Part shown: positions 40,720 through 50,939 of the stretch, in pieces
How the letters are laid out: every line of letters starts with the position of its first letter
Numbering within the stretch: position 1 is the stretch's first letter
Assembly: GCA_008369845.1 (NCBI GenBank)
Contig: MRSU01005508.1
Span: forward strand, 1-55,914
Length of the DNA stretch: 55,914 nucleotides
Source: Trichomonas gallinae
Lineage: Eukaryota
Direction: 5' to 3'
Notes under the pieces: model-generated
Seen by the model: only the letters and a program-made list of their open reading frames with translations
Database searches by the model: none
Told to the model about the DNA's origin: nothing
Position numbers and translations under genes: made by a program

Positions 40720-43185
40720 CTACATTAATATGAAAACCATAACTGGTAAAGTTGTGAACGAATAATATGTTGCTTTACATGTTTTCACGAGACATTGGTT
40801 TAATACTCTTTCTGAGAGTCCTGATCTATGCAGAACTATTTTAAATTGAGGAGATTTATTTTGGTATAAAACAGAACCGCAAATTAGATTTTTGCAGCCT
40901 AAGAATGCGTTTTCTCCGATTTCTTTAACAGACATTGGAATGTTTATATTCTTCAGATTGATGCAACCTTCAAAGCAGCTGGGTCCAATAGTTTTAACTG
41001 TGCCATCAGGAATCAAAACTGATTGGAGATTGATACAGCCAATAAAAGCACTTTCAGCTAAATATGCAACTTTGTCTGCTAGAGCAAAGAAGTTTGATGG
41101 TGAAGCAGGTGGATATACAATCATTTTCGTTTTGTCTGCACTGTAAATTGCTCCATAATAACTCACGAAATTTCGAGCAGAAAAAGAATTCATATTTGCA
41201 AAACTTATACATTCATCGAAAACTCCGTAATCGATTCTAAGCAATGCAGAACCATCTCCAATATTAATGGTTTTCAGATTCATGCAGCCTTTAAAGCACT
41301 GCTGACCTAAAACTTCAAGGGTGTCTGGAATTAGTGCTTCAGATATATTCGTGTTCATCAAAGCTTGAGGACCAATTTTCTTTATATTCCTCGGCAGAGA
41401 AAAAGTCGATAATTTGGAACAGTTCAAGAACATACCAACGGGAATATTTTCCATAGTCAAGAAATTATCATCAACTGTGACAGATTTTAATCCACATGCT
41501 GCAAAACAATTATATCCAATCTGATTTATAACTCTTGGAAGATTTAAATTCATCAATGCATCGAGACCTTTAAAGCAGTTGTTCCCGAGAGTAACTTCAG
41601 CAGTGCAACCTTCAAAAGATAAAGTAGATATAGACCTACATGAACTGAATGCTTCATTACCAATAGTCAAAGGAGTTTCTGATGAAAAAGTTAATGATGG
41701 AATATTAAAGCATAATGCAAAACAATTTTCATTGAGATATTTCAATTTACTTCCAAAATCTAAACTCTGGCTGAGAGCTGTTGCATAAAACGCATATCTC
41801 TCTATTGCTTGAACGGAATTCAACCCTTCAATAGTTTTCAAATTTTTGCAATTGTAGAACGCAAATTCTTCTATTTTATCAAGTAATAGATTTCCATCAG
41901 ATTCAATTGTTTTTAGATTGACTTTATTTTTGAATGCATTGGCTCTTATTGTTTTAACTGTTGATGGAATAACAAGTTTTGTTTGATCTGTTCCAAAATA
42001 TTGAGAAATCGTAGTATTCATTGAATCCATCAACAAAACTTCATCTAAAATGTAAATATTTGAATTATCTGGAAAAGAATATTTTGCTAGATTAGAATTC
42101 ATGATAACACCTCCACCTAGTTCAGTTAGTGTGGATGGAAGCTTTACTTCTGTTAGCTTTGGACAAAAAGCAAAAGCCGATTTTTCAATTGATGTCACAC
42201 CTTCTGGAACTTCAATTTTAGTAATCGAGGATTGTAAGAACATCTCATAACTAATTGTTTTTATATTCGTCGGAAGCTGAATTGTAGAAAGATTTTTAGT
42301 GCTATAAAAGGCGGCTCTACCAATAAAAGATATCGAATTGGGAAGATTTACTGAACTTATTTCACTGTTTGCAAAAGCATATGATGAAATCGTTTTAACT
42401 GTCTCAGGAAGATTTATTTTTGTAAGCTTCGATGAGCAAAAACACCCATTGCCTATCTGCGTCACACCATCAAGAACCTTGTACTCACCTTGCAAAGCAG
42501 AAGCACAGTAGTAAATTAATGTTTTTGCGGTATTATAAACTGCTTTTCCGTCTCCCCACAGATATGTGTTTGCTGGATCAACGATGATTGACTGCATGTA
42601 TGGATTAATGTTAAACGCTATGCCTGACACTGAATTAGCGTTTGGAGGCACAACTATTTGGGTAATTGGGCATTGCAAGAAAACATTCGAAGAAATTGCT
42701 TTTAGTAAACTTGTAGGAGTAAAAATCACAGATGTTAAGGATAGACATTTAGAAAACGCTGAATCTTTTATATCTTGAACTGTTGATGGGATCGTTATGC
42801 TAGAAATTTTTAGATATGAAAATGAAGATTGGCTAATTGTTGTCAAACCTTCTGGAAGACTTAATGATGATAGTGATATGCATTCTGAAAATGCATATTC
42901 ACTAATTGTATTCAATTTTAAGCAATTTGATAAATCGATTTTTTGAATTAGCGAGCATTTGTAAAAAGCATACGGATCAATAGTCTTTAAATTTACACAT
43001 TGCGAAAATGAAACTGTTTGAACTGTGTTAATGACGTTTTTGAAACAATATTGACCTTCTTTACTAAAAATTCGCTCAACTGTGGCTTCAAGAACAATAT
43101 TTGGGCTTGCATCATTAACAATTTCTAATACTTTCTTTGTAGCGGGATCTTGATAAGTGAATTTTTCATTTGATATTTTTTACAT
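40720..43185 (-). pseudogene. BspA-like (TpLRR) surface protein gene with a nonsense codon at codon 2
   Basis: Many TpLRR repeats (LxxIxLPxxVxxIxxxAFxxC). The frame extends 270 nt upstream of the track start to ATG-TAA at 43185-43180, with no other stop until 40720. Confidence 0.85.
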
Positions 43186-43435
43186 CAAAAAAATGTCATT
43201 TTTTCATCGAATTCGTTCCAGAAAAGGCATAGATATCAATAAATATCAATAATTGTTATATATAGAAAGATCCAAGAAATGAATTTTATAACACAACATA
43301 ATTTAAGTTTTTGAGTTCACACATCATGATACAGGTGCAATACAACTCTCTGATATGATTAGTTTTGCAAAAAAAAAAAAAAAAAAACTCCAAACAAAGT
43401 CCCGCAACTTATCATTAATTTAGCAGATTTTCCGG

Positions 43436-45313
43436 TTATATCCAAATGTCTTCAACATTTATTGAATACAATCGACTGAATTCGGTAATATTATTTTCAA
43501 CATCATTCCATTCTGTTTCTTGTAAAGCGGGAGCTTTAACCCCTTTCTTAACTTTAACTCCTCTGCTGATCAACATTTCTGCGATTTGATAGTTTCTTTT
43601 CAAAAAAGCCAGAATTAATGGTGTCAAACCACCTGCATCGACTGGATCAAGTAATGTACCGTTCCAGTCTATCAACTCTTTTGTAGCTTCATTCTTTCCA
43701 TATTTAGCTGCCAAATGTAGGGCCCGCTCTCCATCTTGATTTTCTTGATTAGGATCGGCACCGTTTTCCAAAAAAATGCGAACTACTTCAGGATGACCAC
43801 GAAGAACCGCATACATAAGAGGAGTATGCGATGCTATGGCGTTTGGAACATTGATAACACGAATTATTTCCTCTTTATTTTCTCCTTTGTCTTTTTTAAT
43901 AGCTTCAATTAAAAGCCTTGATTTTTCTGCTCCATCTATTTCTGATTCTGCAACATAATGAATTGGGGATGTTCCGTATATATCATCCCTGAAATATAAA
44001 TTCACTGGGTGTTGGAGAAACAGTCTAAGAATAGCGGCAGAGCCGTAATGGCAGGCAATAGCGAAATTTGTGCGTCTTTGATTATCAGTGATTTCAGTAT
44101 TTGCACCTTTGTTGAGTAAAAATTCTGCGATTTCATCATTATTGTCAAGAACGGCCATTTTAAGAGCACTGTACTTAGTCACTGGTATCAATGCGTTGAC
44201 ATCAGCTCCTTGGTCACAAAGATACTGATAAACTTTTAACTTTTTCCTCGCATTAACTATGACCGGACATTTTGATTTTGGATCATAATTTGCACTCAAG
44301 TTTTTCTCTTCAATGAAATACTTCATTACATCTAATTTTCCACGAAATGCAGCAAGGTTTAATGGTGTCCATAAATTATTAGCTGCAAACGAATAATCGC
44401 AATTTTTTGAAACTAGTAATTTAACAATGTCCAAGTAGCCTTTATTGCTTGCTAAATGGATTGGCATAATTTGATTTTCATTTTGTTTATTGACATCTGC
44501 ATTGCGTTCATCAAGAAGATAAATACATATAGCTTTGCTGTTGTTTTCTACTGCACAGTGTAATGCTGTTCGCTGTTCACTATCGAGCTCATTCACGTCA
44601 CTGTTTTTAACTTTATGAATAAAATATTTATAATTAAAAGTTGCTATTGATGGTCTCCACGCACTACGTGAAAAATCTTCTATTACTAAATCATTGTGCC
44701 TGAACTCTACAGCTGCATTAATGCATCTCAATCTGGTTTCTTCATATTGAATTTTATCTTTCAACAAATCAATTATTTCGCTATTTCCTCCAGCATATGC
44801 AGATATGATTGTTCCTTGAGTTATTTTAGCAGTTTCGCTCAAGTAATCAAAAATAGATTTTGATCCATACTGGGCTGCTAGATCAATATAATAATCTGAA
44901 AGATCATTATTATATATTTTTTTAAAATTTTCTAAATTATCTTTTAATATTGAATACTCTGTAGATCCTAATGCAAATTCTAAAAGTTCTTCTTCATTTT
45001 GATATGTTTCGAGGCCATTTATTGCATTTATAAATGACTTTGAAAATATTTTGCATTTATTTATCGAAATATATTTTTCTTTTTTCTTGATTTGGTAATT
45101 AAATTTATTCGTTATTCCTATTATAAACTTTGCATATCGTTGGAGTTTATTTGGATTTCTTTCGGATGCTAAATCGAAAAATTGAATCAAATTTCCAAAG
45201 CAAATTGCCCCTTCATCGATATATTTCATAGAGTTGTCAATATATGAGTCAGTTGGTTCGGTTATATCCCATAAACTATCAAATAATTCTGATAGTTTAT
45301 TTAATATTTCCAT
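43436..45313 (-). CDS. Ankyrin repeat protein (trichomonad-type N-terminal domain plus ankyrin array)
   Basis: AAQYGSKSIFDYL...AYAGGNSEII N-terminal block, then repeats RTALHCA, MPIHLA, WTPLNLA, TPLMYA, RALHLA, LTPLILA. The start is ATG 45313 or 45337. Confidence 0.93.
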   Translation of the reverse strand: MEILNKLSELFDSLWDITEPTDSYIDNSMKYIDEGAICFGNLIQFFDLASERNPNKLQRYAKFIIGITNKFNYQIKKKEKYISINKCKIFSKSFINAINGLETYQNEEELLEFALGSTEYSILKDNLENFKKIYNNDLSDYYIDLAAQYGSKSIFDYLSETAKITQGTIISAYAGGNSEIIDLLKDKIQYEETRLRCINAAVEFRHNDLVIEDFSRSAWRPSIATFNYKYFIHKVKNSDVNELDSEQRTALHCAVENNSKAICIYLLDERNADVNKQNENQIMPIHLASNKGYLDIVKLLVSKNCDYSFAANNLWTPLNLAAFRGKLDVMKYFIEEKNLSANYDPKSKCPVIVNARKKLKVYQYLCDQGADVNALIPVTKYSALKMAVLDNNDEIAEFLLNKGANTEITDNQRRTNFAIACHYGSAAILRLFLQHPVNLYFRDDIYGTSPIHYVAESEIDGAEKSRLLIEAIKKDKGENKEEIIRVINVPNAIASHTPLMYAVLRGHPEVVRIFLENGADPNQENQDGERALHLAAKYGKNEATKELIDWNGTLLDPVDAGGLTPLILAFLKRNYQIAEMLISRGVKVKKGVKAPALQETEWNDVENNITEFSRLYSINVEDIWI

Positions 45314-45720
45314 CCAAAAAAATGTCAATTTTAGCATTATATGTCATAAATAATATGTTACATGTCAGGAATAAAATTTACATGTCAAAATTGATTCTTC
45401 AACCAAAAAAAAAATGATTTCTAGAATTCGCTTTTAAAGTCAGTGACATAGAAATAGCAATGTACATCAGCATCTCAAAACAAAATTGCACAGTTACGAA
45501 AAAAAAAACAAGTTACTGTATCTCAGATATGCAAGAGGTGTAGAAACCAGGTTTTTTTGGTATTTTTGCTCCAAACTTTGTCTATATACTATATACACCA
45601 TATTATATATCAAGTTTGAATTTGATATTGGCAATTAGAGAACCCAATTAATAAATCAAATTACATTAATCCTATAGATGCTAAAATATACCAAATATCC
45701 AATGATTGGTCGATTTTTTA

Positions 45721-45840
45721 AAATCAGGGGAAAGTAAAGTGTTAACCCCTTTTATAATCTTTAATAAGGGGGATCTTGGTGTTACCCCTGTTATAATCAT
45801 AAATCAGGGGAATGTTTAGTGATAACCCCTGTTTTAAAAA
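45721..45840. repeat. Three 40-bp tandem units, each with an AGGGG...CCCCT inverted repeat, ending at the kinase ATG
   Basis: aaatcaggggaaagtaaagtgttaaccccttttataatct / ttaataagggggatcttggtgttacccctgttataatcat / aaatcaggggaatgtttagtgataacccctgttttaaaaa / ATG. Confidence 0.9.
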
Positions 45841-47886
45841 ATGACGTCGATTTTTCACGAAGTTTCACCGTTGCTTCAGTCTTTTATAGTTTGTCTGGAG
45901 GACTTCGACATAGGTCAGAAACTCGGGTCCGGTGGTTTCGGTGAAGTTTATTATGGTGTACACGAACCTTCTGGATATCGCTGCGCAATAAAACGCCTTT
46001 TCTTCAAGCAACTTGAAGGAGATGACTTACTTCTATTCAAAAGAGAAATTGAAGTACTCATTCGATGCACAAATCCGTTTTGTTTACCAATCGTTGGATG
46101 GACGACTTATTATCCATATTCAATCATCACACAATACATTCCGAACGGATCTCTTTATCAGAAACTATACAAATCAAAACACAACCAAAAATTAACACCA
46201 ACGGAAAAATCTGTAATTATGTACGGAATTGCTGTTGGAATGGAGCATATTCATAATCTTGGCATTATACATCGCGATTTAAAGTCAATGAATATATTAC
46301 TTGACGATCGATATTATCCTATGATTTGCGATTTTGGTCTTTCACGCGTTTTACCAGAAGAGCATGAATTGATGACATTAGAAATCGGAACAACAAATTG
46401 GATGGCACCGGAATTATTCGAAAAATCCGAATATACAGAAAAAATCGATGTTTATGCATATAGCATGATTCTTTACGAAATGTTAACCGAGACAATGCCA
46501 TTTATTAAGTACAAAGATCATGAAATCGCCAAAATGGTGTTAAATGGTAAACGTCCAAAATTCCCGGAAGATACACCGAAGAAAATTAAGCAATTGATCA
46601 CGAGATGCTGGTCACAGAATCCATCAAATCGTCCTTCTTTTTCGGACATTGTCAAAGAACTCAAACACGGCGATATTACTTTTCCTAATACAAATTACTC
46701 AATTTTTATGGACGAACTTAGCTTTGCTACAAAGAAATTAGTACTATCAAATTCATCAGGTACTCCTCGTCCTCCTCTTTTCTCAGAAAGCGCAATAAAA
46801 CGCGCAGCAACAGAGGCAAATCAAAAACAAAGGCCACGCTTTGATAGATTGCAGCAATTCACGATTCCAGACTACTTAGAGAACTTCTCTGCATGCGCAC
46901 ATTCGCTAACACTCCAAAATGCACATATCTTCTTCTCATCGATCGCAACAGCCTTCAAAGATCCAAACGGAAACGGCTTCATTCCAAAAATGCTTGATAC
47001 TTTAGAGCACTTATTCGCAAAGAAGAAAACAATCATTGAAGCATTCAGTGAGTCTGGTATTCTTGAAGTCATGCCTGTTTTCCCGGAAGATTTTTCGATG
47101 AGATGTTTTAATATTATAAAACTTATCGTTGAAAAAGAAAAGGATTCGTTGACGAGAAACATGCTGAGCTACATTAAGAAATTCATTCCAAACACACCAA
47201 CAGATGTTTTACAAGTTCTCTCGCTGCCACTTTCTAAGTTCTCGTCAAAGAAGAGTGCATGGGATGTCATCGATTTCACTATAGATAGTTGGCGACTTTT
47301 CATCGATGTTTGCGCTGAAGATTATTTGATTTTCTTGAATAAGGTCATCACTGAAAATCCACAACTTGAGTCCACAAGGTCAAAGTACTTGAGGTCTATA
47401 TTGTATGAAGTCCTGAAGATGGACAAATCGCAAACAGTTCATGCATACAAAATATGTTTGTCAAAGAGTGATGATGGTTTTGTAATTCCATCAAAAATCC
47501 TTGAAAAACATATCAGCAGTGGAGATTTCCTAGACTTAGCACTATCTTATATACTCAAAAACAATGGTGTAGAACCAACACATGAATTGCTGCTTTCGCT
47601 GCTGAAGATTTGCGATAGTAATGAAACTGCTTTCGAAGCGATTTTAAAGATGAATTCTCTGCACAGGACAAGTTGTGTTAGACTCATTGAGATAAGAGAT
47701 CAATGGCTTTTGCAGCCTTTTATCTCTAACCAAAACAAAGTTAAATTGTTGGCATCAGCTTTCAAAAATGAACAAATCAAAAAAGCCGCCTGGAAAACGC
47801 AGGAAATTTACGACTTCAGCGAGTCATTGAAGCACTCACATAAGAAAGAAGACAAGAAACTATATATTGACTTGCAATCCCTTTAA
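45841..47886 (+). CDS. TKL-group protein kinase with C-terminal helical domain
   Basis: LGSGGFGEVY, CAIK, HRDLKSMN, ICDFG, GTTNWMAPE, DVYAYSMI, CWSQNPSNRPSF. Confidence 0.95.
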   Translation: MTSIFHEVSPLLQSFIVCLEDFDIGQKLGSGGFGEVYYGVHEPSGYRCAIKRLFFKQLEGDDLLLFKREIEVLIRCTNPFCLPIVGWTTYYPYSIITQYIPNGSLYQKLYKSKHNQKLTPTEKSVIMYGIAVGMEHIHNLGIIHRDLKSMNILLDDRYYPMICDFGLSRVLPEEHELMTLEIGTTNWMAPELFEKSEYTEKIDVYAYSMILYEMLTETMPFIKYKDHEIAKMVLNGKRPKFPEDTPKKIKQLITRCWSQNPSNRPSFSDIVKELKHGDITFPNTNYSIFMDELSFATKKLVLSNSSGTPRPPLFSESAIKRAATEANQKQRPRFDRLQQFTIPDYLENFSACAHSLTLQNAHIFFSSIATAFKDPNGNGFIPKMLDTLEHLFAKKKTIIEAFSESGILEVMPVFPEDFSMRCFNIIKLIVEKEKDSLTRNMLSYIKKFIPNTPTDVLQVLSLPLSKFSSKKSAWDVIDFTIDSWRLFIDVCAEDYLIFLNKVITENPQLESTRSKYLRSILYEVLKMDKSQTVHAYKICLSKSDDGFVIPSKILEKHISSGDFLDLALSYILKNNGVEPTHELLLSLLKICDSNETAFEAILKMNSLHRTSCVRLIEIRDQWLLQPFISNQNKVKLLASAFKNEQIKKAAWKTQEIYDFSESLKHSHKKEDKKLYIDLQSL

Positions 47887-49084
47887 CCATTTATTTTTTG
47901 TTTGTATTTTAAATATTATTTTCCATTTATTAAATTTCAAGAAACTCTTAACCATATTTATTAATCAACAGTACCTAAGATGTGTTACCTTTTATTTATT
48001 TCAAAACGCAATAGAAAGATGCATATGCAAATAAAGATAAAAATAACGATTGTAATACTAATTTCAGCTTATCTCATTAAGCTTTCATGATTAGTTAATG
48101 GCATGATGAATATATATATGCTCATAACAATGCCATATCTATATATATAAACATAATTGTTCTATGTTTATCTAATCATGAGATAATTTACGATCCTAGG
48201 CACTCTAAATTATTATTATATATTTTTGAGTATAGAAAGATGTTATTTAAAAAAGCATAACCATGAATGTTTTGTGATGCAGGAAGCATTAGAAGCTCAT
48301 GCATAATCTGTGGCTAAAGTTTAGGAAGTAAAAATGATTCTTTTTGGATAATTTTCGCGACTAGTCAAGAAATTTTAAAAATTGTCAAATAATATTGATA
48401 CATCAAATGTCAGGTAAACATGATGATTGCTTTGATAGGAAACCAACAAAAGACGTTGGATATGTCTCCTACTTTGCATAAATTAGAAAATTCATTATTT
48501 TACAGCAATTTTCAAATCAAATCGAAAAAACTCAACGCTAAGTGACAAATTAGATCGCAAAAACATTTCATACTCCCAAATAATACTAATATAATGAATA
48601 ATCAAATCCTTTGCAAAGAATATAATAAGATTTCATCAAATTTAGCAGCAAAAAACTGCTGGAATTGCGAAAATACATGTAATAGGCACTCATTATGTGA
48701 TTAGCATGACATGCTTATTATATTAATAAGAAGAAGAAATAAAATGTAGAGAAATTTGAATTCTAATTACAGATACTACACTATTAGAAGATGAGAACCA
48801 AGTGATTGTAAGCCTTTTGTTCATTACCGTAATCGAGGGGAATTTCACTGTTTGATTATCAGAAAATCCTGTTATGTGCATCACAATGTAGCCTAGCCTT
48901 ATATCCTCTGAAATATTATTTGAATGAGTAAGAAAATATAAATCGAAAAATTTACAAATAAAAAAAATTTAGCAAAAGATTGTAAAAGTCCTATGAATAC
49001 AACTATACTAGGAGTGTAATCTTAAAATGCTGGTTAATTAGTTCATAATCGATAATAAAAAATATATTTAAACAAAATATGCAG

Positions 49085-49546
49085 CTAACAAAGACAAAAA
49101 CTATGGTTTTGCTTTGCTAGGTAGGCTTCTATCTTTTCGAGATTATCGTTGAACCAATCCATTAAAAATGCTTTTTGTAAAGTTTCATTTGAAATAGGAA
49201 TCCTTATTTCTTTGGCTAATTTATTTGCTAGCTCACGAAGTTCAACAACACCTTCGCCCTTTATGGCTGAAGCATTTTGTAATCGAGTTATAATTTCTTT
49301 GTTACGCATTTCTATTTGTGGATCTTTTGCAACATATGTACTTTTACCCTTTGATTTCTGTTCGGAGAATGATTGAGTTATTAGTACTAGAGACTGAACA
49401 ATAATTTTTGCTGCTTGTGGATCTCTAAGAATTTCCTGCTCAAAATCTTTTTCTACTTTGGCAATGTTGTCATTAAGCATTGTCTGGGTCACTTTACCCA
49501 AAAATCCCTCTTGATTAATTTGTTTTCCTTTCCTTGGATAATCCAT
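49085..49546 (-). CDS. Small hypothetical protein (153 aa)
   Basis: ATG-started ORF with a C-terminal helical motif ELRELANKLAKE...LMDWFNDNLEKI. Confidence 0.75.
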   Translation of the reverse strand: MDYPRKGKQINQEGFLGKVTQTMLNDNIAKVEKDFEQEILRDPQAAKIIVQSLVLITQSFSEQKSKGKSTYVAKDPQIEMRNKEIITRLQNASAIKGEGVVELRELANKLAKEIRIPISNETLQKAFLMDWFNDNLEKIEAYLAKQNHSFCLC

Positions 49547-50091
49547 AAAAGTTTTTCCAACAGTTTTTTTATCGACAACAAAATCATTCTTTTCATTGCA
49601 TTTTATATGTTAGTAAATAATAATAACCAGGAAAATCGGTATTAAAGTCGTAAGTTTTTAATTTGTATTAATAAAATTTCGATTTTTGGTAATTTGCAAC
49701 GATAAATATAAAACATACAATCACTATATCATATATTTATCATTAGCTTTAAGGTAAAATTTGAAAAATATGCCAGGTTATAAATCAACATATTCTAATT
49801 TACGTGATTAGAACTGATCTAACCTAATAGACAAATATGATAGTATACTGTATACTCTGATATTATGAGACAAGCTAAATCTTATTTATATGATTTTCAT
49901 TTTGAATTTTCGACATTAAAATTCATCTCGTTGTTTCTCACTCAAACACATGAATTATCCATTACCATTCATACAAAATGGTTTGCCAGCATCAAAATAT
50001 CAAAATTCATACCCCTTGATAAATTTGTGCCCCCTCATTAAGAGTCAAGATTTTTTTTTTTTTTTTTTTTGACATGTAAAGTATTTTTTTG

Positions 50092-50409
50092 ATGTCACAG
50101 ATCAAATGGGAGAATGTTCCAGAAGCTGAAGTTCGAGCTGAAGCTGAAGCAGCGCTAGAATCTTCTGGCGAAGCAAAGAAAATTAGACAATATTTAACGC
50201 AAAACAAAGCTATTGAAGAATGGAGAAAAGAGATTAGAGAAGTTTGCAGAAATTTAATTAACGAATATGGAATTGATAATGTAAATCCAGACATGCTTTA
50301 TGATTTAATCGCGACATTAGGCCATGATAAATTACCAGACGAAATTGTTAATGAAGCTACAAACAAAATAAGGACATTTTTGAATACTCAATTCGAAGAT
50401 CATCCATAA
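50092..50409 (+). CDS. ENY2: ENY2/Sus1 (SAGA / TREX-2 subunit) homologue
   Basis: ALESSGEAKKIRQYL...WRKEIREVCRNLINEYG...LPDEIVNEATNKIRTFL follows the ENY2 pattern LIETGERERLKELL...WKDQLKAHC...VPDSVKKELLQRIRTFL. Confidence 0.88.
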   Translation: MSQIKWENVPEAEVRAEAEAALESSGEAKKIRQYLTQNKAIEEWRKEIREVCRNLINEYGIDNVNPDMLYDLIATLGHDKLPDEIVNEATNKIRTFLNTQFEDHP

Positions 50410-50939
50410 TTCATGCAATATCTTGTTTTTTGTTTTGTTATTCAATATTAGATATAATAAAGTTTCAAAAATTGTACTAATAATCCATTATCATCCCGTA
50501 GCTGCAAATTTTAGTCTTATTGTCATAAAACAAGAATTTTTAATTTTTGAAAAAAATTATGTAAAAGATATACAAGATTTGAGTCTTGAACAAATAGTAA
50601 AAACAATATAATGATACAATTTTATATTTAGAGTTTAAAAAAAATGAAAAATAAATTTTGATCAAAAAAATATTTCAAATTCAAGAAAAATAAAGATAAA
50701 ATTACCAAGATATAGCTAAATTATGATGATATAAAATAATAAAATTAGTCATTGAATTAATTTGCAAATTAAAATGATATTCTTATACGAATAACCTATA
50801 ATGAATGATACACAAACTGCAGCATCAATAGTATTATATATTAAAATAACAATAATAGTTGAATAACGAATAATGAAGGAATTTGCCGAAAGTCGACTTT
50901 TGCGATGAAATAAGGTTATTTTAAATTAATTTTTTATAA

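Noticed and set aside
278..43185. Stop-codon reassignment as an explanation for in-frame TAA/TAG
   Set aside because: TAA, TAG and TGA all terminate intact conserved genes here at expected positions, and most broken genes also have frameshifts.
45721..45840. Palindromic repeats superficially like a CRISPR array
   Set aside because: The units are contiguous and mutually similar with no unique spacers, there are no cas genes, and the context is eukaryotic.
47890..49080. 1.2-kb gap with mildly coding-like composition
   Set aside because: All frames I tried are interrupted and I could not recognise any family, repeat or RNA motif. It is possibly old gene debris, but that is unsupported.
23897..50409. 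Apparent nuclear-envelope gene cluster (TMEM33-like, ARM protein, gp210, ENY2)
   Set aside because: The genes are spread over 26 kb among unrelated genes and two of the calls are tentative, so chance is sufficient.
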